A stretch of DNA of 64,000 nucleotides from the human T2T-CHM13v2.0 reference genome, Homo sapiens. The notes beneath the pieces were generated by a model. That model saw only the letters and a program-made list of their open reading frames with translations, ran no database searches and was not told where the DNA came from. Positions 23,850 to 39,548 of this stretch are shown in pieces (the stretch's first letter is position 1; every line of letters starts with the position of its first letter). Both the position numbers and the translations under genes were made by a program. The DNA lies in assembly GCF_009914755.1 (NCBI RefSeq), contig NC_060931.1, one strand, 5' to 3'.

Positions 23850-26800
23850 AAGCTCCCCAATAACCCTTGCTGCCACTGCAGACTCCCATAGCCTAGGCCA
23901 CCAAGGTTTCCCACAGTCTCCACAGATGGTGACCTCAGTTGACAGAGCTACACGGAGACTGCACCACTGCACCCTCCCCATAACTGCAGCCACTGCACCC
24001 CACCAGCCAGCACCCTAACACATACCTGCAAGTGAAACGCTTTCCCCACTGAAGCCAGTCCATAAAATCTGGAAATGTTTACTGCTCCCTCCAATGGCAG
24101 ACATCTATGCAAGGCCATGAGAAACATGAAAAAGCAAAGAAACATGACACCACCAAAGGAACAAAATAATTGTCCAGTTACTAATCACCTCAAAATGGAG
24201 ATCTAGAATTGTCTGAAAATTGATTAAAAATAATTATTTTAAGGTAGCTCAGTGAGATACAAGATAACACAGATACCTCAGCAAAATCAGAAAAATAAGA
24301 CATAAAATAGGAAGTTCAACAAAGAGATAGAAATCATAGATAAGCCAAATAGAAATCCTGGAGCTGAAGAATACAATTAATAAAATGAAAAAAAATACAA
24401 TAGAGAACTTCACCAGCAGATGAGATCAATCAGGAGAAAGAATTGGTGAACTCAAAGACAAGGCTTTTGAAATTATTCACTCTGAGGAGAACAAGAATAA
24501 AAGAATGAAAAAAAGTAAACAAACCCTGCAGGACTCATGGGCCACCATTAAGTGAACAAATATACACCTTATAGGAGTTTTAGAAGGAGAAAAGAGAGAA
24601 AGAGAAAGATACTTATTCAAAGAATTAATGATTGCAAACTTCCCAAATCTTGGAAGAGAAATAAACAACCAAAGTCCGTGAAGCTCAGAAGTTCCCAAAT
24701 AGTCTTTACCCAAAGAAGACTTCACCATGACACATTATAATCAAATTGTCAAAACTCAGAATTTTGAAAACAGCAAGAAACAAGTCTTTCCACATACGGT
24801 GAAACCTCAAAGGTTATCAGCAGATTTATCTTGCAGATCAGGAGAGAATGGGAAGATACATTCAAAATTATTAAAGAAAAAAATTTGCTAATGGAGAATA
24901 CTTTAACTGGCAAAGCTGTTCAGAAATAAAGGATAGATAATTTCTCAGATTAAAAAAAAAAAAAAAGCTCAACAAGTTAATCATTCCTGGACCTGCCTTA
25001 TAAGAAATGCTAAGGAGAGTTTTTCAACAAATGAAATGAAAGAATGCTAGCTTGTAACATAAAAACATAAAAATATAAAATTCACTGGTAAGGTAAATGT
25101 ATAGTCAAATTCAGAATTCTTTAATACTCTAACGATCTTGTGCAAATCACTTTTAAACTCTAGCATATAAGTTAAAAGACAAAAGATTTAAAAATAATTG
25201 TAGCTACAAAATTTTGTTAACAAATACATAACATAAAACAATGTAAGTTGAGATATCAAAAACAAAATATGGAGTGTAAAGAAGTAAAAGTTGAGACCTC
25301 TTGTGTGCTATTTAAGTTTTTTTATCTTTAAATAGATGGTTACACTATAAGATGTTTCATGTAAAATCCGTGGTGACCACAAGGCAGAATCCTGTAGTAG
25401 ATACACAAGAGATAAAGAGAAAGTAACCAAAGCATACCAATATAAAAAATCATGAAATCACAAAGAAGGGGAGTAAGAGAGAAACAAAGGAACTACAGCA
25501 CAGTCAGAAACATTTAACTTAATGGCAATAGTAAGTCTCTACCTATAAATAACTACTTTAACTGTAAATACATTCTCCAATCAAAAGACATAGAGTGGCT
25601 AAATGGACTAAAGAAAAAAGCAATTATATGCTGCTCTCAACAGACTCACTTTAGCTTTAAGGCCATATATAGGCTGAAAGTGGAGGTATAGAAAAACATA
25701 TTCCATGCTGATATTAACCAAAAGAGAGCAAAGTGGTTACACTTACATCAGACAAAATAGACTAAGCCAAAACTGTCATAAGAGACAAAAATAGTCATTG
25801 CATAATGATAAAGGTGTCAGTTCATCAAAAGGACATAACAACTGTAAATATGTATGCACATAATATCACAGCACCTAAATATATAAAACAAATATTAACA
25901 GATCCCAAGGGAAATATACATAACAATTCAGTAATAGTAGGGGACTTCAACACCCTACTTTCAACAATGGACAGATCATCCTAGCAGAAAAAATAATATA
26001 AAAGCATTGGAGCATTGGACTTAAAGTTCATTTTACACCAGCCAGACTTAACAGACATGTACAGAACATTCTATCCCAAAGCAGCGGGGTACACGTTCTT
26101 CTCAGGCATACATAGAACATTCTCCAGGACAGATCAGATGTTAGGCCACAAAACAAATCCTAAATTTAAGAAGATTGAAATCATATAAAGTGGTTTTTTT
26201 AATCACAGTTGAATGAAAATAGAAATTTATAACAGAAGGAAAATCTGGAAGGATCCAAAATATGTGGTAATTAAACACATTCCTGAATAATCACTAGATC
26301 AAAAAAGAAGTCAAAATGGAAATTTAAAATATCTGAGGCAAATGAAAATGGAAACTCAACGTACCAAAACTTATGAAATGCAGCAAAAGCAGTTATAAAA
26401 GGGAAATTAATAGCAATAAATGCCTGCATGAAAAGAAAAAAGATCTTAAATAAACTAACTTTACACCCCAAAGAACTAGAAAAAAGAACAAACTATATGC
26501 CAAGTTTTCAGAAGGAAAGAAAAGATTAAAACAAAAATAAATGAAATAGGGACTAGATAAACCATAGAAAAGATCAAAATTAAAAATTTATTTTTTGAGA
26601 AGATAAACAAAATTGGCAATAGTTAAGAAAAAAAGACTCAAAATAAAAAATGAAACAGGACACATTACAATTGATGTCACAGAAATAAAAAGGATAAAAG
26701 ACTACTATGAACAATTAAGTGCCAACAAATTGGATAACCTAGAAAAAAATGAACAAGTTCCTAGAAACATACAACCTACCTGAATCATGAAGAAATAGAA

Positions 26801-29800
26801 AATCTGAACAGACTAATAATGAGTAAGGAGATTGTATCAGCAATCAAAAATCTCCCAATAAAAAAGCTCAGGACAGGATGGCTTCAACTGGTCAATTCTA
26901 CTATACATTAAAAAAAAAAAAAACAAAAAAACCAATCCGCCTTAAACTCTTCAAAAATATTAAAGATGAGGGAACACTTTCAAACTTATTTTATGAGGCC
27001 AGCATTACCTTTATATCAAAGACAGACAATGACACTACAAGAAAAGAAAACTACAGGCTAATAACCCTAATGAATATAGATGCAAAAATCCTCAATGAAA
27101 TATTAGCAAGCCAAATTCAACAGAACATTAAAAGAATCATACAGCATGTTCAAGATGGATTTATCCTGAGGATACAAAGATGTTGTAATACATGCAAATC
27201 TATAAATGTGATACATCACATTAACAGAATGAAGAAAACCAAATGATCATCTCAAGAAATGCAGGAAAGACATTTAAAAAAATTTATTATTATTTTATGA
27301 TTAAAACTCTCAATGAATTAGGTATAGAAGAAATATACCTCAAAATAATAAATGCTATATATCACAAGCTTACAGCGAACATCGTATTCAATGGCAAAAT
27401 GATTAAAGCTTTTCCTCTAAGATCAGGAATAAGACAACAATACCCAATTCTCCCGAATTTCTATTTAATATAGTAATGAAAGTCCTATCCAGAGTAATTC
27501 GGCAAGGAAAAGAAATAAAGGCATCCACATCAGAAAGGAAGAAGTAAAACTGTATGTTTGCAGATAATATAATCCTGTATGTAGAAGTCCTAAAGGCTCA
27601 ACCAAAAAAACTGTTTGAACTAATAAACAAGTTCAGTAAAGTAGCAGGATACAAAATCAACATACGAAATTAGGTAACATTCTCATTCTCTCTCACTTTA
27701 TTGCCCAAGCTAGTCTTGAACCCTTGGCCTCAAGTGATCCTCCCATCTTGGCCTCCCAAAGCACTGGGACTATAGCTGTGAGCCACTGCACCTTGTAAGT
27801 GGTTTCTATACACTAACAATGAATGATCTAGGGGGAAAAAGTCAAGAAAATAATCCCATTTAGAGTAGTATCAAAAAGCATTAAACACTTAGGAATACAT
27901 TTAACCAAGGAGATGAAAGATTTGAACACTGACCACTACACAACATTGACAAAAGAAATTGAAAATGACACAAATAAGTAGAAAGATATCCTATGTTCAT
28001 GGATTGGAAGAATTAATGTTAAAATGTCCATATTACCCAAAGTGATCAATGCAATCCATAAAAGAATTCCAATCACATGTTTCCATAGAAACAAAAAAAT
28101 CCTAAAATGTGTATGTAGCTACAAAAGACACCAAAGGGGGGGAAAATAAGCTAGAGGCATCACATTACCTAATTTCAAATTATATCACAAAACTATAGCA
28201 ATCAAAACAACATGGTACTGGCATAAAACCAGACACATAGAAAAATAGAACACGGAGCCCAGAAATAATCTCATATATATAGTCACTAATCTTTGACAAA
28301 AGCATCAACAATACACAATGGGGTAAGAATAATCTCTTCAGAAAATTTGGTGCCAAGAAAACTGGATATCTACATGCAAAAGAATGAAATTGTTCCCTTA
28401 TCTTACATATGTGAAAAATAAATTCAAAATGCATTAAAGTCTCAAACATAAGACCTCAACTGTAAAGCTACTAGAAGAAAACCTAGGAGAAATCCTCCTT
28501 AATGTTGTACTTGGCAGTGATTTTTTGAATATCACACCAAAGACACAGACAATGAAAGCAAAAATAAAGAAGTGGGCCTACATCAAAGTAAAAAGTTTCT
28601 GCACAGTGAAAGAATCAATCAACAAAATGCAAAGGCAACACACGGAATGGGAGAAAATATTTGCAAACTATATATCTGGTAAGGGGCTAATATCCAAAAT
28701 ATAAAAGGAACTCATACAACTCAAGAGCAAAAAAAAAAAAAAAAAAAATTGAAAACGGGCAGAGGATCTGAATAGACATTTTTTCAAATAAAACATGCAA
28801 ATGGTCAACAGCTATATGAAAAACTGGTCAGCATCCACTAATCGTCACAGCCACAAGGAGACATCACCTCACACACGTTAGGGTGGCCATTATCAAAAAG
28901 TCAAAAAATCTCAAATATTGGCAAGGATGCAGAGAAAAGGGAATTCTGTACACTATTGGTGGGAGTGTAAATTATTACAGCCATTATGGAAAACAGTATG
29001 CGGTTCCTCAAGAAACCTAAAAATAAAACCTAAAATAAAAATTGTATAATCCAACAATTTCACTTCTGAGGATATATCCAAAGGAAATAAAATCAGCATC
29101 TCAAAGAGATACCTACACTCCCATGTTCATTGCACCGTTATTCACAATAGCCAATGGAATAGGATATGGAAATAACCTAAGTATTTGTCAATGGATAAAT
29201 GGGTAAGGAAAATGTGGTATATATACAATAAATTATTATTCTGCCTTTAAAAAGAAGGAAATCCTGTCATTTGTAAGCACACTGATAAACCTAGAGGACA
29301 TTAAGCTAAGTGAAATAAGCCAGACACAGAAAGCCAAATGCTGCATGATGTCACTTAAATAAAAAATCTAAGATGGAATCTAAAAAAGTTGAATCCATAC
29401 AAACAGTAGAATTGAGGTTGTCAGGGTCTGGGAATCTAAAATTCTAAAATCTGAAAAAGTCAAACTCATAGAATGTGGAATCTAAAAATGTTGAACTTGC
29501 AGAGACAGAGTAGAATAGTGGTTGCCGCCAGGGAGGCAGGTGAGCAACGGCAAAACGTTGGTCAAAGGGTACAAGCTCTCAAAAAGCTCTAGAGATCTAA
29601 TGTCCAACATGGTGGCTACAGTTAATAATAACGTACCGCGTACTTGAAATTTGCTAAGAGAGTAGATCTTAAGTAGATCTTGCACACACCCCCATTCCCC
29701 CACCAAAAAACAAGGTAACTATGTGAAGTAAGGAATAGGTTGTTAATTAGATGGGGGAATTATTTCATAAAGTATATGTTTATTAAAACATCACATTGTA

Positions 29801-29845
29801 TATCTTAAATATATACAATTTTTGTCAGTTATACCTCAATAAGGA
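23850..29845 (+). mobile_element. Near full-length degenerate L1 (L1MA8-10-like): 5'UTR part, ORF1, ORF2, 3'UTR
   Basis: ORF2 remnants (26878-27473: FYEASITFISK, YRLITLMNIDAKILNEIL, KAFPLRSG); 3'UTR TTGGTCAAAGGGTACAA...TACTTGAAATTTGCTAAGAGAGTAGATCTTAA...TACCTCAATAA; many stops and frameshifts. Confidence 0.9.
27690..27793 (-). mobile_element. FLAM/Alu left-arm fragment inserted in L1 ORF2
   Basis: TTGCCCAAGCTAGTCTTGAACCCTTGGCCTCAAGTGATCCTCCCATCTTGGCCTCCCAAAGCACTGGGA. Confidence 0.85.
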
Positions 29846-30664
29846 CGGGGGAGAGAATTTTGTAGCTATCCACTATTAAAGAAAATACTTTACATAGAAA
29901 TTTCTGTAGGAAAAAAAATTTGTTATTATGAATCTGAATTTCTCTAGCCTGTAACTTTCATTTTCCTTTTGAAATGATAGTTCTTTATAATGGAATTGTT
30001 AAAAACTGAAGGTTGGTTACTTGGAAACCCAGTTACTGAGTTTTTTTATGCTGCCTGAAATTTAAGGTACTTCAGCATAGATAATGTGGTATGTAGGTGT
30101 CTGTTTAAATTAGTGTTAATCTATATCCAAGAAGATGCTTAACATTCAGTACACTCTAAACTCACACTTGAAAGGTGGGTTGCATATGAAAGATGCTGTA
30201 CTCTGGATAATTCTGCCAGAGCTTCAAAACTTGCTATCTGAATCTGCACTTAAAGAGTTTCAGAAGAGATAATATAAGACCATTTTCAATAGTGAAATGA
30301 ATGATATGCCTCCACTCTTGGATGAACAGAAGTATGAGAAATGAAGAGCCTGGGAGCTTAACACCTTGGGAAAAGACTCCTAAAATTTAGAACCCTATCT
30401 TGCATTCCTCCCCTTAATGAAGGGTTTTCTTGTCTGACACCATTAGAAAGTTAGCTGATCTTTCAGTCAGAACACTTTCTCATTTTTCCTGGGAATTAGC
30501 CTTCCAGGCAAAGTGGCTACTAGAGTTCCTAGATGATCAGAGTATCAGGACTACACTGAGCTTACAGAGCAAGAAGTATGACTGTTTGGGAGTCTGCTTG
30601 TAATGGGTATTTGTACACCTCTTGATCTGAGACTTTCATGAGAGGTTGTAGAAAGATGTACACC

Positions 30665-30797
30665 TCAGTAACTATATACCCTGTTTTGCCCAGGAGGGTC
30701 CCAGTTTGCACTTACTGTCCAGTCTTGGTTTTTAATAACACCACTTTTCACTTCTAAAAGTTTCCAAGTTTGAATGTTAAATTATAAGGATACTCTT
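30665..30797 (-). mobile_element. MER94-like hAT-Blackjack element
   Basis: TTTGCCCAGGA..GTCCCAGTTT...TTAATAACACCACTTTTCAC...AAAAGT.TCCAAGTTTG..TG.TAAATTAT. Confidence 0.6.
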
Positions 30798-30798
30798 T

Positions 30799-31457
30799 TG
30801 TGGTATTTTAAAACATATGTCCACAAATTATTTGCTATTTCTCCCTCAAGAGAAGGAGCCTAATTCCTCACCTCTTGAGTATAGGCTGGACTTAGTGACC
30901 GACTTCTAAGGAATCAAATAAGGCAGAAGTGATGCTGTATGACTTTGGCCCTTGTCCTAAAAGATCCCCTTGCTTTTTTAGTATTTTTAGTACAGATGGG
31001 GTTTCACCGTGTCAGCCAGGATGGTCTCGATCTCCTGACCTCGTGATCCACCCACCTCAGCCTCCCAAAGCACTGGGATTACAGGCGTGAGCCACCACGC
31101 CCGGCCTAAGATCCCCTTGCTTTTTTTAGGGGGGACCACTCACTGGGGGGAGACCAGCTGCCATGTTGTGAGAACACCCAAGTAGGCCTAAGATAGGCCC
31201 ACATGGCAAGGACCTGAGGTCTCCTGCCAACAGCCAAGTCAAGCAGGCCATTTTGGATGTGGATCCTCCCGCCCCAGTCAAACCTTCAGAGACCACAGCC
31301 CCAAATGACAGCTTAACTACAGCTTCATGAGAGACCCTGAGCTAGAACCACCTAACTAAGCCATTCTCAGATTCCTAATTTTCAGAAACTGAAAGAATGT
31401 AAATATTTGCTCAGCACTGCTAAGTTCTGAAGTATTATGCAGCAAAATAGAATACAA
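30799..31457 (+). mobile_element. MLT1F-like MaLR solo LTR interrupted by a half Alu
   Basis: GGCTGGACTTAGTGAC, CCAGCTGCCATGTTGTGAG, GGCCCACATGGCAAGGA.CTGAGG, CATGAGAGACCCTGAGC.AGAACCACC. Confidence 0.85.
30974..31106 (-). mobile_element. AluY left arm only, with TSD
   Basis: TTTCACCGTGTCAGCCAGGATGGTCTCGATCTCCTGACCTCGTGATCC (AluY-type); TSD AAGATCCCCTTGCTTTT at 30961 and 31108. Confidence 0.9.
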
Positions 31458-31624
31458 CTACCTATAGCTTTCACACAGTTCTCATCTTTAGACTTTATTG
31501 ACATTTACTATGACAAATGAAAATGACCAAATTGCCCTAGGTCTGGCTGAGCCCCAAACCCTCTCAGTATGTTCATATTTCAGCATGGCAAAGCAAAAAT
31601 TAACCATTAAATTATACCCAATAG

Positions 31625-31868
31625 TAGTAATAGCTATCACTTTTTGGGCATTTAGAGTTTCTTAGAAACTTTGCTAGGATTTTGTATAGATTTACCTGAT
31701 ATACTTCTCACAATAAGCCCTATGAAAGGTATTCCCAACTTCATTTTGTAAGCAAGAAATCTGAGATTCAGGTAAGGCAGGCTCCAAAAGTTCCCACAGC
31801 CATTCATTGGTGGAACCAGCTCTCCACCCAGGTCTATCTGACTCCAAAGTTCACACTCTTCACCAAAC
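31625..31868 (-). mobile_element. MIR SINE
   Basis: CTCACAATAAGCCCTATGAAAGGT...CATTTTGTAAG..AGAAATCTGAG...CCCAGGTCTATCTGACTCCAAAG. Confidence 0.75.
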
Positions 31869-32019
31869 TTAAAACTACACACTACTGTCTTTCAACAAAG
31901 AATCCAAAAAAAAAAAAAAAAAAAAGAACAGAAATTTTAGTGAAAGACAATGAACAAATGCAGAGAAACTTTGTCTGAAAAAGAAAATATGTAACGTTTT
32001 ATATGCTGTTGTTAAACCA

Positions 32020-32800
<781 letters not shown>

Positions 32801-32949
32801 AAGTTCTCAGCCTCATAGCCTACACTGACTTGCTGAAGGTTCAGTCCTAAGGCATTGTGGACTAAATTATTTACTAGCTGAACATTAAAACTATAGGTAC
32901 TGTGTTGTGATTTTTATTGTTATAGTTTCTAATTTGGACTTGAGATCTC

Positions 32950-33471
32950 TGTGGAGAATGGCCATAAGCCAAGATAGCCGCTTGCTAGGAGAGCCCTGGT
33001 TCAAGTGTGTTGGTCATGAGACAAAATGAGAAGGTGAAACCAAATTGCATGAAACAGAAGAAATGTATGACTTACATATCCCAGAGAGGTTAGGGGTCCC
33101 GATGGCAGGCCACAGAAGTCTGGAGGCAACAGGGAGCTCAACCACCAAGCGGGGAGCGAGAGAGGAGAGAGCACATGTGGTCACGAGGCTTTCATTAAGG
33201 CCCATTAGCCTTCCTGAGGGGGTTGTGAATTGTCTGGTTTAAAGAAAACACAGATGAAGGGGGAACTTATTAACTCTGGTGTGGGCCATTAGGTTTTATC
33301 ATGGCCAGCAGCTGTGGGATGAGGAACAAGTGGGCTATATTGTAAACAACCACACAGGGAGAGGAAGTTTTCACCTGGTCGAATGCGACGGGGTACTACT
33401 GAGTTCCAGTAACTTGTGTTAGGTCTAAAATGGATGCCCAGGCAGCAACTCCATTAAATACATTTATGACA
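32950..33471 (-). mobile_element. MER74/MER54-group ERVL solo LTR
   Basis: Minus strand starts TGTCATAAATGTATTTAATGGAGTTGCTGCCTGGGCATCCATTTTAG; contains CAGCTGCTGGCCATGATAAAACCTAATGG and GCATGAAACAGAAGAAAT. Confidence 0.7.
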
Positions 33472-34879
33472 GTACTGAAACTACTGGTTTCCTTTTCTAC
33501 TATTCTGAGAATGGGGTGAGGGCAAAAGAGCACATTTTCGTATTTCTTATCTTAAACAAGTGAATAGGCATTTATCTTCTAACCCACTTTATCAGAAAAT
33601 AGCTGATGAAATGATTTGAATTTGGCAGGCTTATCAGTTCAGTTTTCAATACATTCTCATTTGTCTGTGCAACCAAGGAAATGGTGGCTGCTTTTTAATA
33701 TAAATACCTTTGTATTTTCCTCAAACTTCCCCCATGTTCTCTTCTTGGAATTCCTACCTGCTTCCGTCCTGCTCCTCCTGTAAATATGCAATTATTTAGG
33801 CCTGAAAGCTGGAATTCACCTGTTTCCTCTTTTTTGCTCTCCCCCGGATTGTAGGGGCAATCATCAGAAGAGCCAAAAGTGACCTCGAAATTCTCATTCT
33901 TGGTTGCCAGGACAATGGGCCAGCTGGGATGGGAGGCTCCTTCTCACAGTATGAGAGGCTGCACTCACACCACCTGCTCAAGTGACCAGCCCCCTTCCCA
34001 ACCCGTCCCTCCTACCCGACACAATCTCCCATAATCTCAAGGTTGCCACATGCTGCATGACTAGCAGACTAGCATTCCTAGACAAAGTCTGTAAACTGCA
34101 GCCTCCAGCAGCGTGTCTCTCCCTGCAACAGATATCAAGGGGTTAGTTTCCACTGTTGGAATATAGACCCACACTGCACATCCAGCAGGGCACCCTGCCC
34201 CAGCATACTTCTCTGTGGGATGATGGGAGAATGGAGAAGACCTGCGGTCTCTTCCCTCGATAATTCTTCCAGTTTCCCAATAATTTGTCCCTTTTTCCAA
34301 TAAAGCCTCTTCCTAAACACATGCTGTGTGGCATTGTGGAACTTGTCCTGCCCCTGAAATGAGATAAATGAGATAAAAAGAGACCCATCTTGCCTAGCAT
34401 ATGACCGGTCAGTCTCCAAATACTCCTAATCCTGGAGCGGCTGGTTTACTCAATGATGGACTTTGTAGGTAAGGCAAAGTACAGCATTTTTTGTTTCTCA
34501 CCTCTCCCCCTTAAACCTGCCCTGCAGATCCATTCTAAGCCAGCCCTGGAAGAACTCTCAGGCAAGGAATATAACCTTTCTGGTCACTGTCACATAATAA
34601 ACAGTCCATTCTAGCTGACCTGGCTGAGGGGATGAGGAATTACAAGAGCAGTCAATGTCACCAGAGTCAGAGCCACCTCTGCCAACCACCCTCCTGCGGC
34701 ATGCATAGGGGAACTTCCAGCAGCACCACATCTTGGAACAAAGAGTAGATGTCCAACTTACCAGAGGGCAACATCCTACCAAAATCCCAAGGCGAACAGA
34801 AAGATACAAGGGGTGAGAAGCAGCCTCCTTTATTGGATAAAACCAAGCTTTTCATACCCGACCATGTCAACATGAGTAA

Positions 34880-35020
<141 letters not shown>

Positions 35021-36497
35021 TAAATGGTATATGACTCTCCGGAGACATTTGGAATGAAATTTCTATTTAAGACTGGCGAGACACATCTATTCTAGAATTT
35101 TTAAAATACTTAACATGGAAGCAAAGGGATGCTACCAGCTGAGATGGATCCATTCATTCAATCACAGGTCATCAAAACAGTAGCGTTTCCACCTAGGAGT
35201 TGTAGAAAAGCAGAAACACTTAGCTCCAGATGAGTACATTCAGCTTTGGAAAGCTATATTACTTAACCTACGCTTTAGAAATTTAAAAACAAAATACTTT
35301 GCATTTGAAGTTGCCAATAAAAGAGACTTTCAAGTTACTTTAATGTTTTTTTCCCCAATATGAATTTGCAATTCAAGCAGTAGCTTAAAATCATTCAGAG
35401 AGACTTTTTCTCTTTAGTTTCACAGAATCTGCCAACTTGTTTTAAAACCAGAGAAATCTCCATAAGAGGATCTTTAGGTATAAGTTTTCAAGAATAGCCC
35501 CCCCAAAACTCATTGCCATAACAGTTACTGCAAAGCAGGATACTTGGGGGTATATTTAATAAAAAACAAAACAAAAACAAAAAAAAACCTGACTCTGAAT
35601 TGCTGTTCAAGATTTCTGATTTTTTATGGGAAGTATACCAAAGGTCAACTTTCTTGCAGTGTTAACAAGTTTTTACCTGGTTTGCTTCTAGACCATTACA
35701 CACAGGGAAATAACAAAATCAAACCACTGCTTAATAGGAACCTTGAATAATTGATAGTTTTGGTCTGGCTTCTAAAACGGTCCCAGAGGGATTTAAAAAA
35801 AGTGGCATTTCTTTTATTTTGGATTTCCTCCAATCTAGGAATTCAAACTAGTTCTTGATTTGGTAAGTAAAGAAGCAGTTGTGATCAGCTACATTCTTTG
35901 GGACAGTGGTAGAAACTACAGAATATAAAAACTAAAAGCATGACAATTCAAATGTATTCCCTTCTACCTTTTGGCTTAAAGCTATACATGATTCATGTTA
36001 TGTGTTAAGTTTAATAAAAGATGTTATTAAAAATTTCTCACATTTTTAAGAGTACTTCAGTTATCACTGTTAGGTGAAACAAGTCATCACAATTTCCCCA
36101 CTCTAAGTGCACGTCAATTGTGAAGAAAATGTAGCCTAAGGAGACATATGTTCTTTACAAATACGAGGTTGGAAGTTAAACATCTTCAAAGTTCAATCTA
36201 GAATAAATGACGATGCTTCTCGCTACTTACATGGAAGTTGCATGGGATTTACTCTTTATGATTTCCTGGGAGTATCAGATAGACCACAGTTGTGTCATTG
36301 TAGACTGTAGAGGTAGCAGGTCAAAGTTCATCCTTCTGTGTTTGAATGTGTGTGAAATACCTGTATCTGTTAGTAAAAGTTATTTAATGGAGAGAAAAAG
36401 TCAATTTCACTGCATATGGACCCTCAACTGATTATAAAAGGATCTCTAGCCTCTGTCACCTACTCTTCCCACTGCATGCATCTGTCCACAGGGCTAA

Positions 36498-37033
<536 letters not shown>

Positions 37034-39548
37034 AAAGCAAGTACTTTTTAATGAACTATATCACATATTAGTGGGCAGTCATTTTATTTATAGAATCGTT
37101 AAAGCAATTGCCTTTTTAATGAACTAAAGTGAATAAGACACAACTAAAAACTAGTTTTAAAAGGCACTTGCTTTAAAGATTTAAAAATTTTAAAAACTAA
37201 AGTGCAGTCCAGTTTTAAAAACTAAAGTTTTCAGTGAAACTCAAAAGTCTCATTCAAAAGTCTCATTATAACTTTTCCTCTTCCCTACATCAGGCCTACT
37301 TCAGGCTGAGAAATGTGTGGCAAAATATTCTTTAGTTTTAGAATCCTTTTTTTAGTATTGTTCTACCTCCTCCCTTCTATTTGGATACTGCTTTGGGCCC
37401 CTACAAGGGTACAGCAACAGAAAACTGGCAATTAGAGAGAATGGGCATAAAATATTTAACTTTCTTGAAAGGTGTAGCTATAATCTTTGTTGATATTCCT
37501 GGGGTATGATGAAAGCAAGAGCCTCCTTGGTACTTTGAGATACCTGTGGTGTGATGGCGGTATGAAGAGAAGCTTGGCCCTCTTGGCCAAGGTGAAATCT
37601 ACACACAGGGCACCATCAAAAATGCCACAAAGTCATCTCTTCCCTTATTTCCTGGCCTCCAAGTCATTCTGCACATTGTCACCCAGTAGTCTTCTAAAAA
37701 TCAGCTCTCACCTTAATATCACTCTCCCAAGCCCTAGACATACAGGCTATTGTTACAATTTCCCCGAAAATTCAAGATACCATTCTCTGAAGCCCCAACT
37801 CTGAGGTAATTGCTTCTCCTAAAATAAATACAATGCATGTTTTTTTTCCTTATAGAGTCATTAATTGTTTATTATAGAAAATTAGGAAAATATAGAAAAG
37901 TAGAAAAAACTCATATCGCCACCATTGTTTCATGTTTTGGTGTATTTCTGTCCAGATTTGAAAAAGCAGCTTTACTTTTGTTTGCTTAGGTTTGCTACTT
38001 TAAAGAGGACAATGAAACAGAGAGGGTAATATATTTGTAATTTTGCATCTGGCTTTTTTGACATAATGTTTTAACGTAAATATTTTCCTACATTAATACA
38101 AAGTCTTTGTACACATGTACTGGGTGATGTTTAACTTTTTTGTATTTCAAGCCCAGAATGCCCTTTTATATATATACATATATACTTTTAGTTTTGGGAA
38201 TCTTATGCAGCACGTGCAGGTTTGTTATATAGGTATACATGTGCCATGGTTGTTTGCTGCACCCATTAACCCATCATCTATGTGAGGTATTTCTCCTAAT
38301 GCTATCCCTCCCCTAGGCCCCCACCCCCCGACAGGCCCCAGTGTGTGGTGTTCCCCTCCCTGTGTCCATGTGTTCTCATTGTTCAACTCCCACTTATGAG
38401 TGAGAACATGCGGTGTTTGGTTTTCTGTTCCTGTGTTAGTTTGCTAAGAATGATGGTTTCCAGCTTCATCCATGTCCCTGCAAAGGACATGAACTCATCC
38501 CTTTTTATGGCTACATAGTATTCCATGGTGTATATATGCCACATTTTCTTTATCCAGTCTATCACTGATGGGCATTTGGATTCATTCCAAGTCTTGGCTA
38601 TTGTGAACAGTGCCGCAATAAACATATGTGTGCATGTGTCTTCATAGTAGAATGATTTATAATCCTTTGGGTATATACCCAGTAATGGGATTTCTGGGTC
38701 AAATGATATTTCTGGTTCTAGACCCTTGAGGAATCGCCACACTGTCTTCCACATGGTTGAACTAATTTACACTCCCACCTACAGTGTAAAAGCATTCCTA
38801 TTTCTCCACATCCTCCCCAGCATCAGTAGTTCTCTGACTTTTTAATGATTGCCATTCTAACTGGCATGAGTTGGTATCTTATTGTGGTTTTGATTTGCAT
38901 TTCTCTAATGACCAGTGATGATGAGCTTTTTTTCATATATTTGTTGGCCACATAAATGTCTTCTTTTGAGAAGTGTCTGTTGATTTCCTTCGCCCACTTT
39001 TTGATGCTGTTGTTTGTTTTTTTCTTGTAAATTTGTTTAAGTTCCTTGTAGATTCTGGATATTAGCTCTTTGTCAGATGGATAGATTGCAAAAATTTTCT
39101 GTTTGTCAGATGGATAGATTGCAAAAAAATTCTGTAGGTTGCCTGTTCACTCTGATGATAGTTTCTTTTGCTGTGCAGAAGCTCTTTAGTTTAATTAGAT
39201 CCCATTCATCATTTTTGGCTTTTGTTGCCATTGCTTTTGGTGTTTTAGTCATGAAGACTTTGCCCATGCCTATGTCCTGAATAATATTGCCTAGGTTTTC
39301 TTCTAGGGTTTTTATGGTTTTAGGTCTTACATTTAAGTCTTTAATCCATCTTGAGTTAATTTTTGTATAATGTGTAAGGAAGGGGTCCAGTTTCAGTTTT
39401 CCCCATATCGCTAGCCAGTTTTCCCAGCACCATTTATTAAATAGGGAATCCTTTCCCCATTGCTTGTTTTTGTCAGGTTTGTCAAAAATCAGATGGTTGT
39501 AGATGTGTGGCATTATTTCTGAGGCTTCTGTTCTGTTCCATTGGTCTA

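Noticed and set aside
34757-34774. CTCF site TTACCAGAGGGCAACA
   Set aside because: Lacks the conserved CC at the 5' end of the core; too weak to call
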